This document shows positions 30,248-39,903 of a stretch of DNA of 64,000 bases, one piece after another. Location: assembly GCA_040081595.1 (NCBI GenBank), contig JBEBGE010000008.1, positions 9,689 through 73,688 of the forward strand, read 5' to 3'. Source of the DNA: Devosia sp. (GTDB lineage: Bacteria; Pseudomonadota; Alphaproteobacteria; Rhizobiales; Devosiaceae). The translations under genes were made by a program, and so were the position numbers. Each line of letters begins with the position of its first letter. The stretch's first letter is position 1. Below the pieces are notes generated by a model that worked only from the letters and a program-made list of their open reading frames with translations, did not search any database and had not been told where the DNA came from.

Positions 30248-30852
30248 TCGACATCCGCCATATCGACACTGCGCGGCGGATGGTCCGGATTGAGGGAATG
30301 GAGTTCGACCTGCTTGGCCGATTGCCGCGCCAGGATCTTGGCCATCACCTCGCCGCCACGTGTCTTGACCACGACACGATCGCCGCGCCGCACCTGCTCG
30401 GTGGGTGAAACCACGATGCGGTCGCCGTCGCGATAGAGCGGCAGCATGGAATCGCCGGTGACCTCGAGCGCATAGAGTCCGTTCTCGCCCGAGGCCGGTA
30501 GCCGTACCTCGTCCCAGCCCTGGCCGGCGGGAAAGCCGGCGCTGTCGAAGAACCCGCCGGCACCGGCCTGAGCAAAGCCGAGCAGAGGCACCGTGACGCC
30601 CCGCGGCGGCGCCCCGGGCACCAGATAGGTGCCGTTGGCGATGAAGGCGTCAAAGCCTTCGCCGGTCGCCTCGAGCACCTTGGCAATGCTCTCGGTCGAC
30701 GGCCAGCGTTCGCGCCCGTCCTTGCTGACGCGCTTGGATTTGTTGAAGGCCGTGGCGTCGAGCCCGGCCAGCCGCGCCAGCCCCGAGGCCGTGAAGCCGT
30801 GGCGGCCGGCCAGCGAATCGATCGCGTCCCAGATGGCACTATGCGAGAGCAT
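30214..30852 (-). CDS. LexA/CI-like repressor (HTH plus S24 peptidase)
   Basis: N-terminal HTH (GFTASGLARLAGLDATAFNKSK). S24 dyad context GDSMLPLY ... VVVKT. Confidence 0.75.
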   Translation of the reverse strand: MLSHSAIWDAIDSLAGRHGFTASGLARLAGLDATAFNKSKRVSKDGRERWPSTESIAKVLEATGEGFDAFIANGTYLVPGAPPRGVTVPLLGFAQAGAGGFFDSAGFPAGQGWDEVRLPASGENGLYALEVTGDSMLPLYRDGDRIVVSPTEQVRRGDRVVVKTRGGEVMAKILARQSAKQVELHSLNPDHPPRSVDMADVEWIARIIWASQ

Positions 30853-30984
30853 TCCGGCTCAATTCCAAGGAAATACATCCCAACATAGGGACAAACTCCT
30901 ATATTTCTACCCTTGGCGGTCCTTGGCTGTAAAGCGCTTGGGCTCACTTGTGATCGCGCCCTTGCGCCTTTACCAGTGCCCCGC

Positions 30985-31350
30985 ATGGACGCCCCCCGGC
31001 CCAATCCGCCCCTGATCTATAAGGTCGCCGCCCGCCCGGTCGTGGAGACGGCGCAGGCCCTTGGAAACTTTCCGAAAATGCCGATCGACGAGGCCGACGG
31101 CTATATCCATTTCTCGACCGCCGCGCAGCTACGCGAGACGCTGCGGCTGCATTTCGCCGGGCAGGGGGACTTGACGCTTCTCGCGGTCGACCCTGACTCC
31201 CTGGGTGACGGCCTCCGCTGGGAGCCGTCTCGCGGCGGCCAGTTGTTCCCGCATCATTATGGGACGCTGGGCTCGGGCGTGGTGGCGCGATCGGCTCCCA
31301 TCTCGGTGGCAGCCGATGGCAGTGTGACCCTGCCGGATTGGGTGCAATGA
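30985..31350 (+). CDS. DUF952 domain protein
   Basis: IYKVA...DGYIHFSTAAQL...LLAVD...LRWEPSRGGQLFPHHYG pattern. Confidence 0.75.
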   Translation: MDAPRPNPPLIYKVAARPVVETAQALGNFPKMPIDEADGYIHFSTAAQLRETLRLHFAGQGDLTLLAVDPDSLGDGLRWEPSRGGQLFPHHYGTLGSGVVARSAPISVAADGSVTLPDWVQ

Positions 31351-32456
31351 TCCTCTCGCGCCTCTCGCCGCTCTTGCGCGTGCCGCTTGTCAAATCGCTG
31401 ACGCGTGACGGGCTGCTGCGCATGGACCCCGAGATCGCCCATGGCGCGACCATCAATGCGCTGCGGCTGGGTCTCGCGCCGGAGCAGGAGGGCGCCGATC
31501 CGCCGGAATTGAAGACCTCGCTCGCCGGGCTCGATCTCGCTAATCCCGTCGGCATGGCCGCCGGCTTTGACAAGAATGGCGAGGTGCCGCGCCCGCTCGC
31601 CAGCATGGGCTTCGGCATGGTGGAGGTCGGCACCGTCACGCCGCGTCCGCAATCGGGCAATCCCAAGCCGCGCCTCTTCCGCATCGCCGAGGCGGAAGGC
31701 GTCATCAACCGCATGGGCTTCAACAATGACGGCCATGAAGAAGTGTTCCGTCGCCTGCGCCGCACCCGCGTTGCCGCTGCCCTCGGCGTCAATATCGGCG
31801 CCAACAAGGATTCCGGCGATTTCGTCGCCGACTATGTGAAGGGCGTGCAGCGCTTCGCCGAACTGGCCGACTACCTGACAGTCAATATCTCCTCGCCCAA
31901 TACGCCCGGCCTCAGGAACCTGCAGCAGGCCGATGCGCTGGCGAGACTTCTCGAGGCCGTGCTCAAGGCCCGCGCCAAAGCGCCGGGACGCGTCCCGGTA
32001 TTCCTCAAGATCGCACCGGACCTCGATGAAGCGGCGATGGATTCTATCGCCCGCGTCATTGCCGCGACCGATCTCGACGGGCTGATCGTCTCCAACACCA
32101 CCACTTCGCGCGATCCGGTCATCGGCATGGAGCATGCCACCGAGACCGGCGGCCTTTCCGGCAAGCCGCTCTTCGAGCTTTCGACCCAGCGCCTGGCGCA
32201 AATGCGCCAGCGCACACGCCTGCCCATCATCGGCGTTGGCGGCATCCACTCGCCGCAATCAGCGCTGGCCAAGTTTGAAGCCGGCGCCAATGCCGTCCAG
32301 CTCTACTCGGCTCTCGTGTTCGGCGGGCTCGATCTGCTCGATCGCATCAAGCGAGGCCTTGCCGCTTCCGTCCGGACCTCAGGCAAGCTCAACATTGCCG
32401 AACTGGTCGGACGGAAGACGGCCGACTGGGCCGCCGGCCGCGTCAGACTTCCGTAA
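31347..32456 (+). CDS. pyrD: dihydroorotate dehydrogenase (quinone), class 2
   Basis: GFDKNGE, GMVEVGTVTP, NISSPNTPGLR, IGVGGI motifs. ATGA overlap with DUF952. Confidence 0.9.
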   Translation: MILSRLSPLLRVPLVKSLTRDGLLRMDPEIAHGATINALRLGLAPEQEGADPPELKTSLAGLDLANPVGMAAGFDKNGEVPRPLASMGFGMVEVGTVTPRPQSGNPKPRLFRIAEAEGVINRMGFNNDGHEEVFRRLRRTRVAAALGVNIGANKDSGDFVADYVKGVQRFAELADYLTVNISSPNTPGLRNLQQADALARLLEAVLKARAKAPGRVPVFLKIAPDLDEAAMDSIARVIAATDLDGLIVSNTTTSRDPVIGMEHATETGGLSGKPLFELSTQRLAQMRQRTRLPIIGVGGIHSPQSALAKFEAGANAVQLYSALVFGGLDLLDRIKRGLAASVRTSGKLNIAELVGRKTADWAAGRVRLP

Positions 32457-33120
32457 GCAGCGTAATCGCGATGTCCGCGCGCGGTTTGCTCCGCATCACC
32501 AAATCGAAATTGGGCAGGTCCACCCGCTCGATATGGGCGCGGTTGCGCTCCTCGGTGAACAAGCCCTCTTCGGCGTGCCGCTTCATCAGCCGCGTCCGCA
32601 CGGTCTCGCGCGGGACTTCGATGAACACCGACAGGTCGAGCAGCGGCTTGATCCGCCACCAGGGGGAGGAGGCGAGCAGCAGGTAGTTGCCCTCGACCAC
32701 CAAAAGCCGCGTTTCGGCATGGACGGTGAAAGCGTCCTCGACCACGTCCTCGATCTTGCGCGAATAGCCGGGCCCGTCCACCTCTTCATGCGCCGCCCTG
32801 AGACGCGTCAGGAAATCGGCGAACTCGGCGCCCTCGAAAGTGTGCGGCATGCCTTTGTCAGCGACTTTGCCCAGCGCCTCAAGCTTTGCGTGCTTCATAT
32901 GGAAGCCGTCCATGGGCACATAGGCGGCGAGGTTGGGCGCGCCGGCATTGAGCTCATCGACCAGGCGTCGCGCCAGCGTCGATTTGCCGGTTCCCGGGCC
33001 GCCGGCAATCCCCAGCAGCGACCGGCCCGGCTTGACCAATAGACGCCGCGCCTCCGCCTCGAGCCGGACCAGTGCCATGTCGGGGCGGAGCGAAAGCTGG
33101 ATTTGTTCGGATTCGGCCAT
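32443..33120 (-). CDS. P-loop nucleoside/sugar kinase family protein (uridine kinase / FrcK-like)
   Basis: Walker A GGPGTGKST, PMDGFH, VVEGNYLL. Start at MAESEQ. Confidence 0.7.
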   Translation of the reverse strand: MAESEQIQLSLRPDMALVRLEAEARRLLVKPGRSLLGIAGGPGTGKSTLARRLVDELNAGAPNLAAYVPMDGFHMKHAKLEALGKVADKGMPHTFEGAEFADFLTRLRAAHEEVDGPGYSRKIEDVVEDAFTVHAETRLLVVEGNYLLLASSPWWRIKPLLDLSVFIEVPRETVRTRLMKRHAEEGLFTEERNRAHIERVDLPNFDLVMRSKPRADIAITLLTEV

Positions 33121-33159
33121 GGGGATGTTATCTAGGTTAGGCGGTAAGCCGGGAGCAAT

Positions 33160-33492
33160 GTGTTCATGAACAAAAGTAACGACATCATGTGGCGCCGTGG
33201 CTGCGCGATCTCCTTCTTCGTTGCTTGTCTCGGCGCGGCGATCGTCAACCCATTTGTCGCCGCCTGGCCGACTATCGCATTCGCTGCAATCTCGCATCCG
33301 CTCGGGGTGCCAGGGTGGCCATTCCTCCAGACATGGGCCCCCATAGCCTGGGTGGCATTCTTTACCCTTGCGTGTTTCGTCTTCCACTGGAGATCGCTTT
33401 GGCTACTGCCCACTTTAGTTCTTGGTCCGGCAATTACTTTCGGTGTGGCGATTGCCTTCTGGGCTGCGAGCGGAAGGCCTTGGGAGCTCTAG
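33160..33492 (+). CDS. small hypothetical membrane protein
   Basis: Three predicted TM helices. GTG start. No family recognised. Confidence 0.4.
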   Translation: MFMNKSNDIMWRRGCAISFFVACLGAAIVNPFVAAWPTIAFAAISHPLGVPGWPFLQTWAPIAWVAFFTLACFVFHWRSLWLLPTLVLGPAITFGVAIAFWAASGRPWEL

Positions 33493-33514
33493 TCGCAGCT
33501 GGACACCCGGAGTA

Positions 33515-36037
33515 ATGCCCCTCCATCCCACCATTTCCAGTTGGTTTGCGACCAAGGGTTGGGCGCCGCGCCGGCACCAGCTCGACGTGCTCGATGCCTG
33601 GGATGAAGGCGCTTCGGCGCTGCTGATCGCGCCGACCGGCGCCGGCAAGACGCTGGCCGGATTCCTGCCCACGCTGAACGATCTGATCGTTCATCCAATG
33701 GAGGGGCTGCATACGCTCTATATCTCGCCGCTCAAGGCCCTGGCGGTGGACGTCGCGCGCAATCTGATGACGCCCATCGAGGGCATGAAGCTCAAGATCG
33801 GCGTCGAGACCCGCACCGGCGACACCCCGGCCTCGCGGCGGCAACGCCAGCGCTACGACCCGCCCAATATCCTGCTGACCACGCCCGAGCAACTTGCCCT
33901 GCTCCTCAGCCACGAGGACGCGCCAAAACTGTTCGGCTCCGTCCGTCGCATAGTTCTGGACGAACTTCATTCGCTGGTGACGTCCAAGCGCGGGGAATTG
34001 CTGTCGCTGGCAGTAGCACGCATTGCAACCTATGCGCCGGGCCTTCGGATTACGGCATTGTCTGCGACCGTCGCGCGTCCGGATCTCCTGTGCGACTGGA
34101 TTGCCGCGCCCCTGCCGCATGCAACCGCCAAGTTGCTCACCGCAGCGGGCGGGGCCAAGCCCGATATTTCCATTCTCGCTTCCGACGACCGTGTGCCCTG
34201 GGCAGGGCACTCATCTCTTTACGCCGTGCCCGAGCTTTACCGCATCATCAAGGAGCACCGGACCACACTGCTTTTTGTCAACACGCGCTCCCAGGCAGAG
34301 CTGCTATTCCAGAATCTATGGGCCATCAACGACGACAATGTCGCCATCGCGCTCCATCACGGCTCGCTCGCGGTCGAGCAGCGGCGCAAGGTCGAAGCCG
34401 CGATGGTCGAAGGCAAGCTGCAGGCCGTGGTCTGCACTTCGACACTCGATCTCGGCATCGACTGGGGCGATGTCGATCTGGTCGTCCAGGTCGGTGCGCC
34501 CAAAGGCGCAAGCCGCATGTTGCAGCGCATCGGCCGCTCCAATCACCGTTTCGACGAACCGTCCAAGGCGCTTTTTGTTCCCTCCAACCGTTTCGAGGTG
34601 CTCGAATGCGAGGCAGCACTCGAAGCGGTCGAAAGGGGAGCCCAGGACAGCGAGGACCCCGTTTCGGGTGGGCTCGACGTCCTCGCCCAGCATGTGCTCG
34701 GTTCGGCCTGCGCCGCCCCGATCGATCCGCTCCAGCTCTATGACGAAGTGTGCCGCGCCTGGCCCTATCGCGAACTTGAGTGGGAGCAATTCGAGCGCGT
34801 CGTCGATTTCGTCGCCACCGGCGGCTATGCCCTTCGCGCCTACGAGCGCTATGCCAAGCTCAAGAAGACACCCGAAGGAAAGTTGCGCATCGCTGGCCCC
34901 AGGATCGCCCAGCAATACCGGCTCAATGTCGGAACGATCATCGAAGACCCGGTCGTCAAAGTGCGTCTCGTTCGCGGCGGCGGCTTCCGAAAGGGCGCGA
35001 CGACCGGACCTATCGGCCGCTTTGGCCGCGTGCTCGGCGAGATCGAGGAATATTTCATCGATCAGCTGGTTAAGGGCGATACCTTCGTCTTCGGTTCGGA
35101 AATCGTCGCCTATGAGGGCATGTTCGAGACCGAAGCCTATGTCTCGCGCTCCAACTCCTCCGACCCCAAGATACCGTCCTATCAGGGCGGCAAGTTTCCG
35201 CTGTCGACCTATCTCGCCGAGGGCGTGCGCAAGCTCCTGAGCGATCCGGACATGTGGAAGGCGCTGCCCGATCAGGTCGCCGACTGGCTGCGCCTGCAGC
35301 ACGACGTCTCGGTGCTGCCGCCACCCGATTCTATGCTGATCGAAACCTTTCCCAAGGGCACTCAGAACTACATGGTCTGCTATCCCTTCGAAGGCCGTCT
35401 CGCCCACCAGACCCTCGGCATGCTGCTGACGCGGCGGCTCGAACGCGCCCGGGCGCGCCCGCTTGGTTTCGTCGCCTCGGACTATTCGCTTGCCATCTGG
35501 GGGCTCGGAGATTTCAACGGCCTGATCCGCACGGGACGCCTCTCGCTCGATGAGCTCTTCGACGAGGATATGCTGGGCGACGATCTCGAGGCCTGGCTCT
35601 ATGAGAGCCAGCTGATGCGCCGCACCTTCCGCAACTGCGCCATCATTGCCGGGCTCATCGAGCGGCGCCACCCGGGCCAGGAAAAGACCGGACGGCAGGT
35701 GACGGTCTCCTCCGACATCATCTACGACGTCCTTTATCAGCATGAGCCCGACCACATCCTGATCCAGGCGACCCGCCGCGACGCTGCGCGCGGCCTGCTC
35801 GACATCGAGCGGTTGGGCGGAATGCTCAGGCGCATCAAGAAACACATCGTCCACAAGCCCCTCGACCGAATCTCGCCTTTGGCAGTACCTGTGCTGCTCG
35901 ATATCGGCAAAGTGCCGGTGTTCGGCGAGGCGCGCGAGAGCGCCATGGCCGACGCCGCCGCCGAGTTGATGAAAGAGGCGCTGGGGCAGGATGGTTCAGT
36001 GGGACAGCAACGCGGTTCGCGCCGCGCCGGAACGTGA
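33515..36037 (+). CDS. Lhr-like DEXH-box helicase (ligase-associated DNA damage response type)
   Basis: APTGAGKT, LDELHSLV, SATV, TSTLDLGID, QRIGRSNH motifs, plus a DEAD-associated C-terminal region. Confidence 0.85.
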   Translation: MPLHPTISSWFATKGWAPRRHQLDVLDAWDEGASALLIAPTGAGKTLAGFLPTLNDLIVHPMEGLHTLYISPLKALAVDVARNLMTPIEGMKLKIGVETRTGDTPASRRQRQRYDPPNILLTTPEQLALLLSHEDAPKLFGSVRRIVLDELHSLVTSKRGELLSLAVARIATYAPGLRITALSATVARPDLLCDWIAAPLPHATAKLLTAAGGAKPDISILASDDRVPWAGHSSLYAVPELYRIIKEHRTTLLFVNTRSQAELLFQNLWAINDDNVAIALHHGSLAVEQRRKVEAAMVEGKLQAVVCTSTLDLGIDWGDVDLVVQVGAPKGASRMLQRIGRSNHRFDEPSKALFVPSNRFEVLECEAALEAVERGAQDSEDPVSGGLDVLAQHVLGSACAAPIDPLQLYDEVCRAWPYRELEWEQFERVVDFVATGGYALRAYERYAKLKKTPEGKLRIAGPRIAQQYRLNVGTIIEDPVVKVRLVRGGGFRKGATTGPIGRFGRVLGEIEEYFIDQLVKGDTFVFGSEIVAYEGMFETEAYVSRSNSSDPKIPSYQGGKFPLSTYLAEGVRKLLSDPDMWKALPDQVADWLRLQHDVSVLPPPDSMLIETFPKGTQNYMVCYPFEGRLAHQTLGMLLTRRLERARARPLGFVASDYSLAIWGLGDFNGLIRTGRLSLDELFDEDMLGDDLEAWLYESQLMRRTFRNCAIIAGLIERRHPGQEKTGRQVTVSSDIIYDVLYQHEPDHILIQATRRDAARGLLDIERLGGMLRRIKKHIVHKPLDRISPLAVPVLLDIGKVPVFGEARESAMADAAAELMKEALGQDGSVGQQRGSRRAGT

Positions 36038-36047
36038 GGAGGCCATC

Positions 36048-36719
36048 GTGCTCCTTCATTTCGCCGGGCACGTCTTCGAGCCGCTGACCTCGGGCGCCCT
36101 CTTCTGGCGCAGCCAGTCGACCTTACTGGTCGCCGACCTGCACCTCGAAAAATTCTCGTCCTTTGCATCGCGCGGCCAGATGCTGCCGCCCTATGACACC
36201 GGCCTGACGCTTAAGCGCCTGGAGCGCGACCTCGCGGCAACCGGCGCAGAGCGGGTCGTGGCACTGGGGGACAGCTTCCATCGGGACGAGGGGACCAGCT
36301 CGCTGCTCGATGCGGACCGGCTCCGGCTCGTGGCACTGCTCGGCAGGACTCATTGGACCTGGATCGCGGGCAACCACGATCCATCGCCGCACGCGCTTGG
36401 CGGCCACTGCGTCGACCGGCTCGAACTTCACGGTCTGACGCTGACCCACGAACCGCGCCGCGGTATGAGCGGGATGATCGCCGGGCACCTCCATCCCGCA
36501 GCGACCATCGTCGCCAACGGCCGCGGCACGCGACGTCCCTGCTTCGTCCACGATGGCCAGCTCTTGCTGCTCCCCGCCTACGGGTCCGGCGCCGGCTCGA
36601 TGAACATCCTCTCAGCGGCCTTCCACGGCCTCTTCGATTTCGCCTCCCTCGAAGTCACCATGATCGGCAAAAGCCGGGTCTATCCGGTAAGCACAAGGCG
36701 GCTCGTCCGGGGTGTGTGA
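36048..36719 (+). CDS. pdeM: PdeM-type metallophosphoesterase (ligase-associated DNA damage response)
   Basis: VADLHLEK, GDSFH, GNHD, GHLHP motifs. GTG start 5 nt after GGAGG, just after the helicase stop. Confidence 0.75.
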   Translation: MLLHFAGHVFEPLTSGALFWRSQSTLLVADLHLEKFSSFASRGQMLPPYDTGLTLKRLERDLAATGAERVVALGDSFHRDEGTSSLLDADRLRLVALLGRTHWTWIAGNHDPSPHALGGHCVDRLELHGLTLTHEPRRGMSGMIAGHLHPAATIVANGRGTRRPCFVHDGQLLLLPAYGSGAGSMNILSAAFHGLFDFASLEVTMIGKSRVYPVSTRRLVRGV

Positions 36720-36722
36720 CCC

Positions 36723-37994
36723 TCATATCCGTTTGAATCGGAACTCCAGCGCGCGGCTCGGGATGAAGTGGACGCCGTCGTAGTCGGCGAGGCGAGCGTC
36801 GTGCGCAAGCTCGACGCGGCAGCGGCGCGCCAGCATTCGCACCAAAGCTGCCGTGGTACCCAGCACCCAGTCCTCGCCGATGCAGTGGTGGCGATCCATG
36901 CCAAGTGGCGCGTAGTGATCGGCGGGCGGCCTGCGGCCGACGAAGCGGCTGGGATCGAGCTTGAACGGATCGGGGAAATGCTCCGGGTCCTTGTGCGCTT
37001 CCCACACGCCAATCCGAATGAGGCTGCCGCCGGGGATCGCAAGGCCCTCGAAGACCATGTCGTCTTTCGAGATCCGCTTCAGGTACTCCGATCTCTCGAG
37101 CCGAAGAATCTCCATTACCACGGCGTGTGACTTCTCGATGGCTTCGGTATCGGGGAGGGTAGCGACCCAGTCGAGGACCTCCGGATTTCGCCCCAGCAGG
37201 GTTAGTGACCAGCTCCAGAGCCCGGCAAGGTCGGTTCCCGAACGGATGACGAAAAGGGCGGCGTTACCCAACGTGGTTTCGTCAACCGGGCCTGTGCGGC
37301 GAAAAAAGCCTAGCAGGCTGCTTTCGCTGACTTCCGCAGACGCAAGGACCTGCCCAACCTGCTTCAACCTGGTCGCAGAGAACGTCTCGGTGAAATTGCT
37401 GCTCGTTGCGTCGCCGTAAACGTCCAGCAGCGCGTTCAGGGCACCGCCCGTCGCGCCGAGGCAGAGGCGGATCATCAGGCGTTTGACCGCCACCCTCAGC
37501 AGGCGCTCAAGTGCGTCGGTCGACATGGGTCCCTGGGACAGCACTTCGCCAATCAATGCATCGCAGATCGCTTCGATTTCATCCCGTATACTGCCCACCC
37601 TTACCGCGCGGAAGGCGGCCGCGAAGTTGCGGCGGTAGGCCGTATGGACATCACCGTCCATCTGCCGGAGGCCGCCATGCGGGAACAGGTAGCTGCTGTC
37701 GAAGCTCGACGCCTTGAGGTCATCCCCGGCCTGCTGCAAGAGACGGCGGCCTGCGGCAAGGTCGAAGATGTGCGTGGTGAGCTTGTTCTTCTGCCAGGTC
37801 CGCGCAAACTTCCCGCGCTGTGCCAGCCGCAACAAAGCGAATTGGTCGCGTTGTTCGGTGCCGGTCATGGTAACGATTGGGACGGAAGTATTCGCGGGGG
37901 CGCCGATGGCACGTTGCCACAAGGCGAGCCGTGCGCTCATGCGGATACGGCGTGCCGCATCGCGCACGTTGGCTATCAGTCGCGAAAATCTCAT
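36723..37994 (-). CDS. cytochrome P450
   Basis: ExxR (EILRLER) and Cys-ligand loop PLGMDRHHCIGEDW. Start set at MRFSRL to avoid overlapping the upstream gene. Start uncertain. Confidence 0.7.
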   Translation of the reverse strand: MRFSRLIANVRDAARRIRMSARLALWQRAIGAPANTSVPIVTMTGTEQRDQFALLRLAQRGKFARTWQKNKLTTHIFDLAAGRRLLQQAGDDLKASSFDSSYLFPHGGLRQMDGDVHTAYRRNFAAAFRAVRVGSIRDEIEAICDALIGEVLSQGPMSTDALERLLRVAVKRLMIRLCLGATGGALNALLDVYGDATSSNFTETFSATRLKQVGQVLASAEVSESSLLGFFRRTGPVDETTLGNAALFVIRSGTDLAGLWSWSLTLLGRNPEVLDWVATLPDTEAIEKSHAVVMEILRLERSEYLKRISKDDMVFEGLAIPGGSLIRIGVWEAHKDPEHFPDPFKLDPSRFVGRRPPADHYAPLGMDRHHCIGEDWVLGTTAALVRMLARRCRVELAHDARLADYDGVHFIPSRALEFRFKRI

Positions 37995-38053
37995 GGAACT
38001 GCTCGGCGATCTAGTTGGCGTCGGAACTGGTAACCGACTCAATTCCTTCAATG

Positions 38054-38815
38054 CTAGCGGCGAAACACGATTCCCGCGAACCAGCCGGTTCCGATCGCCA
38101 GGATCACGCAGACCAGCCCGTAGAGCAGTGGCCATTGCCGGGCAGTGACGAAGACGAAGCGCTCAAAGCCGGTTTTGCGCACCGAGAAACCTTCGGTCCG
38201 CTCCGCCACCAGCAGCTTGTCCTTGAACACCAGGGTGTGGACGATGAACGCGCCATTTACGACGTCGCTGGGCAGGTTCACCCGCGCCGTATAGGCGGTG
38301 TCGGAGAGAAACGAGATGCCGTCCTCGCGCAAGGAGAAGTGTGAGTCTTCCTGCATCAGCCGCACCAGCTCGATCCCGAACCGCTCCGCCTTGATGCTGG
38401 GCGATTGTGCCGCGAGCCGTGCCTGGTCTTCGGGCCGCACTGTCATCCGGTCCAGCACCTCCGGCCCGGCGATGTTTTCGAGCCGGCCGCTGGAGATCAC
38501 CGCGTAGTAGGAGGGGAAGCCGTTGAACCGGACCTCGTCGGTGTTGGTCCAGATGCCGAGCCTGTTGGTCTTCATGCGCGCGACGCGGTCCTGCAAGGGG
38601 CCGGTGACGATGATGACGACATTATAGGGCCCGACGGCATAGGGCTCCCGGGCGTCGAGATCGGCCAGGATATTGCCGAAGAGCGACAGCGCCGCGCCCT
38701 CAAAGCTCGAGGTGATCTCGACCGTGGGTGTCGATACGGTCGAGACCAGCCGCTCAGCCCGTACGCCGGAGCAGAGGGCGGCGAGGGCTAGTAGCGCGAG
38801 CAGCGCCCGGCTCAC
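38054..38815 (-). CDS. TIGR02186 / Alph_Pro_TM family membrane protein
   Basis: Signal peptide VSRALLALLALAALCSGVRA, large periplasmic body, single C-terminal TM. GTGA overlap with the upstream TauE gene. Confidence 0.7.
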   Translation of the reverse strand: MSRALLALLALAALCSGVRAERLVSTVSTPTVEITSSFEGAALSLFGNILADLDAREPYAVGPYNVVIIVTGPLQDRVARMKTNRLGIWTNTDEVRFNGFPSYYAVISSGRLENIAGPEVLDRMTVRPEDQARLAAQSPSIKAERFGIELVRLMQEDSHFSLREDGISFLSDTAYTARVNLPSDVVNGAFIVHTLVFKDKLLVAERTEGFSVRKTGFERFVFVTARQWPLLYGLVCVILAIGTGWFAGIVFRR

Positions 38816-39744
38816 GACCCGCCTCCGATGCCGACAATCGCCATCGAGAACGGATCCGCCGGTGGGAGAATGAGCGTCAGCCCGAACCGGATCGCGACGG
38901 CAAGCACGAGCAGTGCGAGCAGCGCCCGCAATTGGTCGCCGCGCAGGTACTTGCCGGCGGAAGCGCCGAACTGCGCCCCGACGGTGCCGCCTAGCATCAG
39001 CGTGAAGGCGAGGAGGATGTCGACGCTCTGGCTCTGGAGGGCATGGAGGATGAGCGTCACGCACATCATCGCGACGACTTGCAGCAGCGAGGTCCCGATC
39101 ACCATATTGCCCGGTACGCGCAGCAGATACACCAGCGCCGGCACCAGAATGAAGCCGCCGCCGATACCGAGTAGCGCCCCGACCACGCCGATGAACAGCC
39201 CGATCGCCAGCACCGGCAGCACACTGATATAGAGCCGCGACTTTTTGAAGCGGACGCGTAACGGCAGTCCGTGCATCCAGCTATGCTGGCTGGGCAGCTT
39301 TTCGCGCACCACGATCCCGGCGCGCTGTTTGAGCAGCGTCCGTAGCGCCTCGGTCAGCATCAGCCCGCCGACGAGACCGAGCAGCACCAGGTAGGAAACA
39401 GCGATGAACAGCTCGAGCTGCCCCGCGGCGCGCAGCCATGAGAAGGCCGAGACGCCCAGCATTGCGCCGATCGTGCTCGAAAGGATCAGATACATCGCCA
39501 GATGCAGGTCAATGCCGCCGCGGCGGTAATAGCTGAGGGCGCCCGAGGTCGAGGCCGCCGCCACCTGGCCGGTGACCGACGCAACCGCGACCGGGGTCGG
39601 CACACCGGAAAAGATCAGCAGCGGTGTGAGCAGGAAGCCGCCGCCGACGCCGAACAGGCCGGAAAGGAACCCCACCGCGCCTCCAATCCCGATCAGGAAG
39701 AAGACGTTCATCGAGAGTTCGGCGATGGGCAGGTAGATCTGCAA
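38812..39744 (-). CDS. TauE/SafE family sulfite (anion) exporter
   Basis: Eight TM helices with duplicated GxGGG motifs. Homolog-like N-terminus LQIYLPIAE suggests a TTG start. The ATG at 39810 is the alternative. Confidence 0.8.
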   Translation of the reverse strand: MQIYLPIAELSMNVFFLIGIGGAVGFLSGLFGVGGGFLLTPLLIFSGVPTPVAVASVTGQVAAASTSGALSYYRRGGIDLHLAMYLILSSTIGAMLGVSAFSWLRAAGQLELFIAVSYLVLLGLVGGLMLTEALRTLLKQRAGIVVREKLPSQHSWMHGLPLRVRFKKSRLYISVLPVLAIGLFIGVVGALLGIGGGFILVPALVYLLRVPGNMVIGTSLLQVVAMMCVTLILHALQSQSVDILLAFTLMLGGTVGAQFGASAGKYLRGDQLRALLALLVLAVAIRFGLTLILPPADPFSMAIVGIGGGS

Positions 39745-39903
39745 AGCAAGAACCAGTTCGGAACGCGGGCAGCAGAGACGCTGGCGGCTTGCCCCTCGCG
39801 AGCGCTGCATCGAATAGACACGAGGGAGCGCCGACTTCGGCACTCCCTCCAATTCAGTCTCGGCCTACTCTCGCTCGCGCCCGCGACGAAAGTAAGACGG
39901 TGT

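Noticed and set aside
33151-33175. SOS box near the helicase locus (GTTCATGAAC palindrome)
   Set aside because: This is a 10-bp palindrome, not the alphaproteobacterial GTTC-N7-GTTC direct repeat, and it overlaps the start codon region of the small membrane ORF.
34316-35854. 512-aa minus-strand ORF (plus 34023-35240 on the plus strand) inside the helicase gene
   Set aside because: The helicase frame carries all the DEXH motifs. These alternatives have no recognisable domains.
38054-39064. 336-aa version of the TIGR02186 ORF, and a P450 start at 38135
   Set aside because: The extensions overlap the TauE and TIGR02186 coding regions respectively. Signal-peptide and coupling logic favour the shorter forms.
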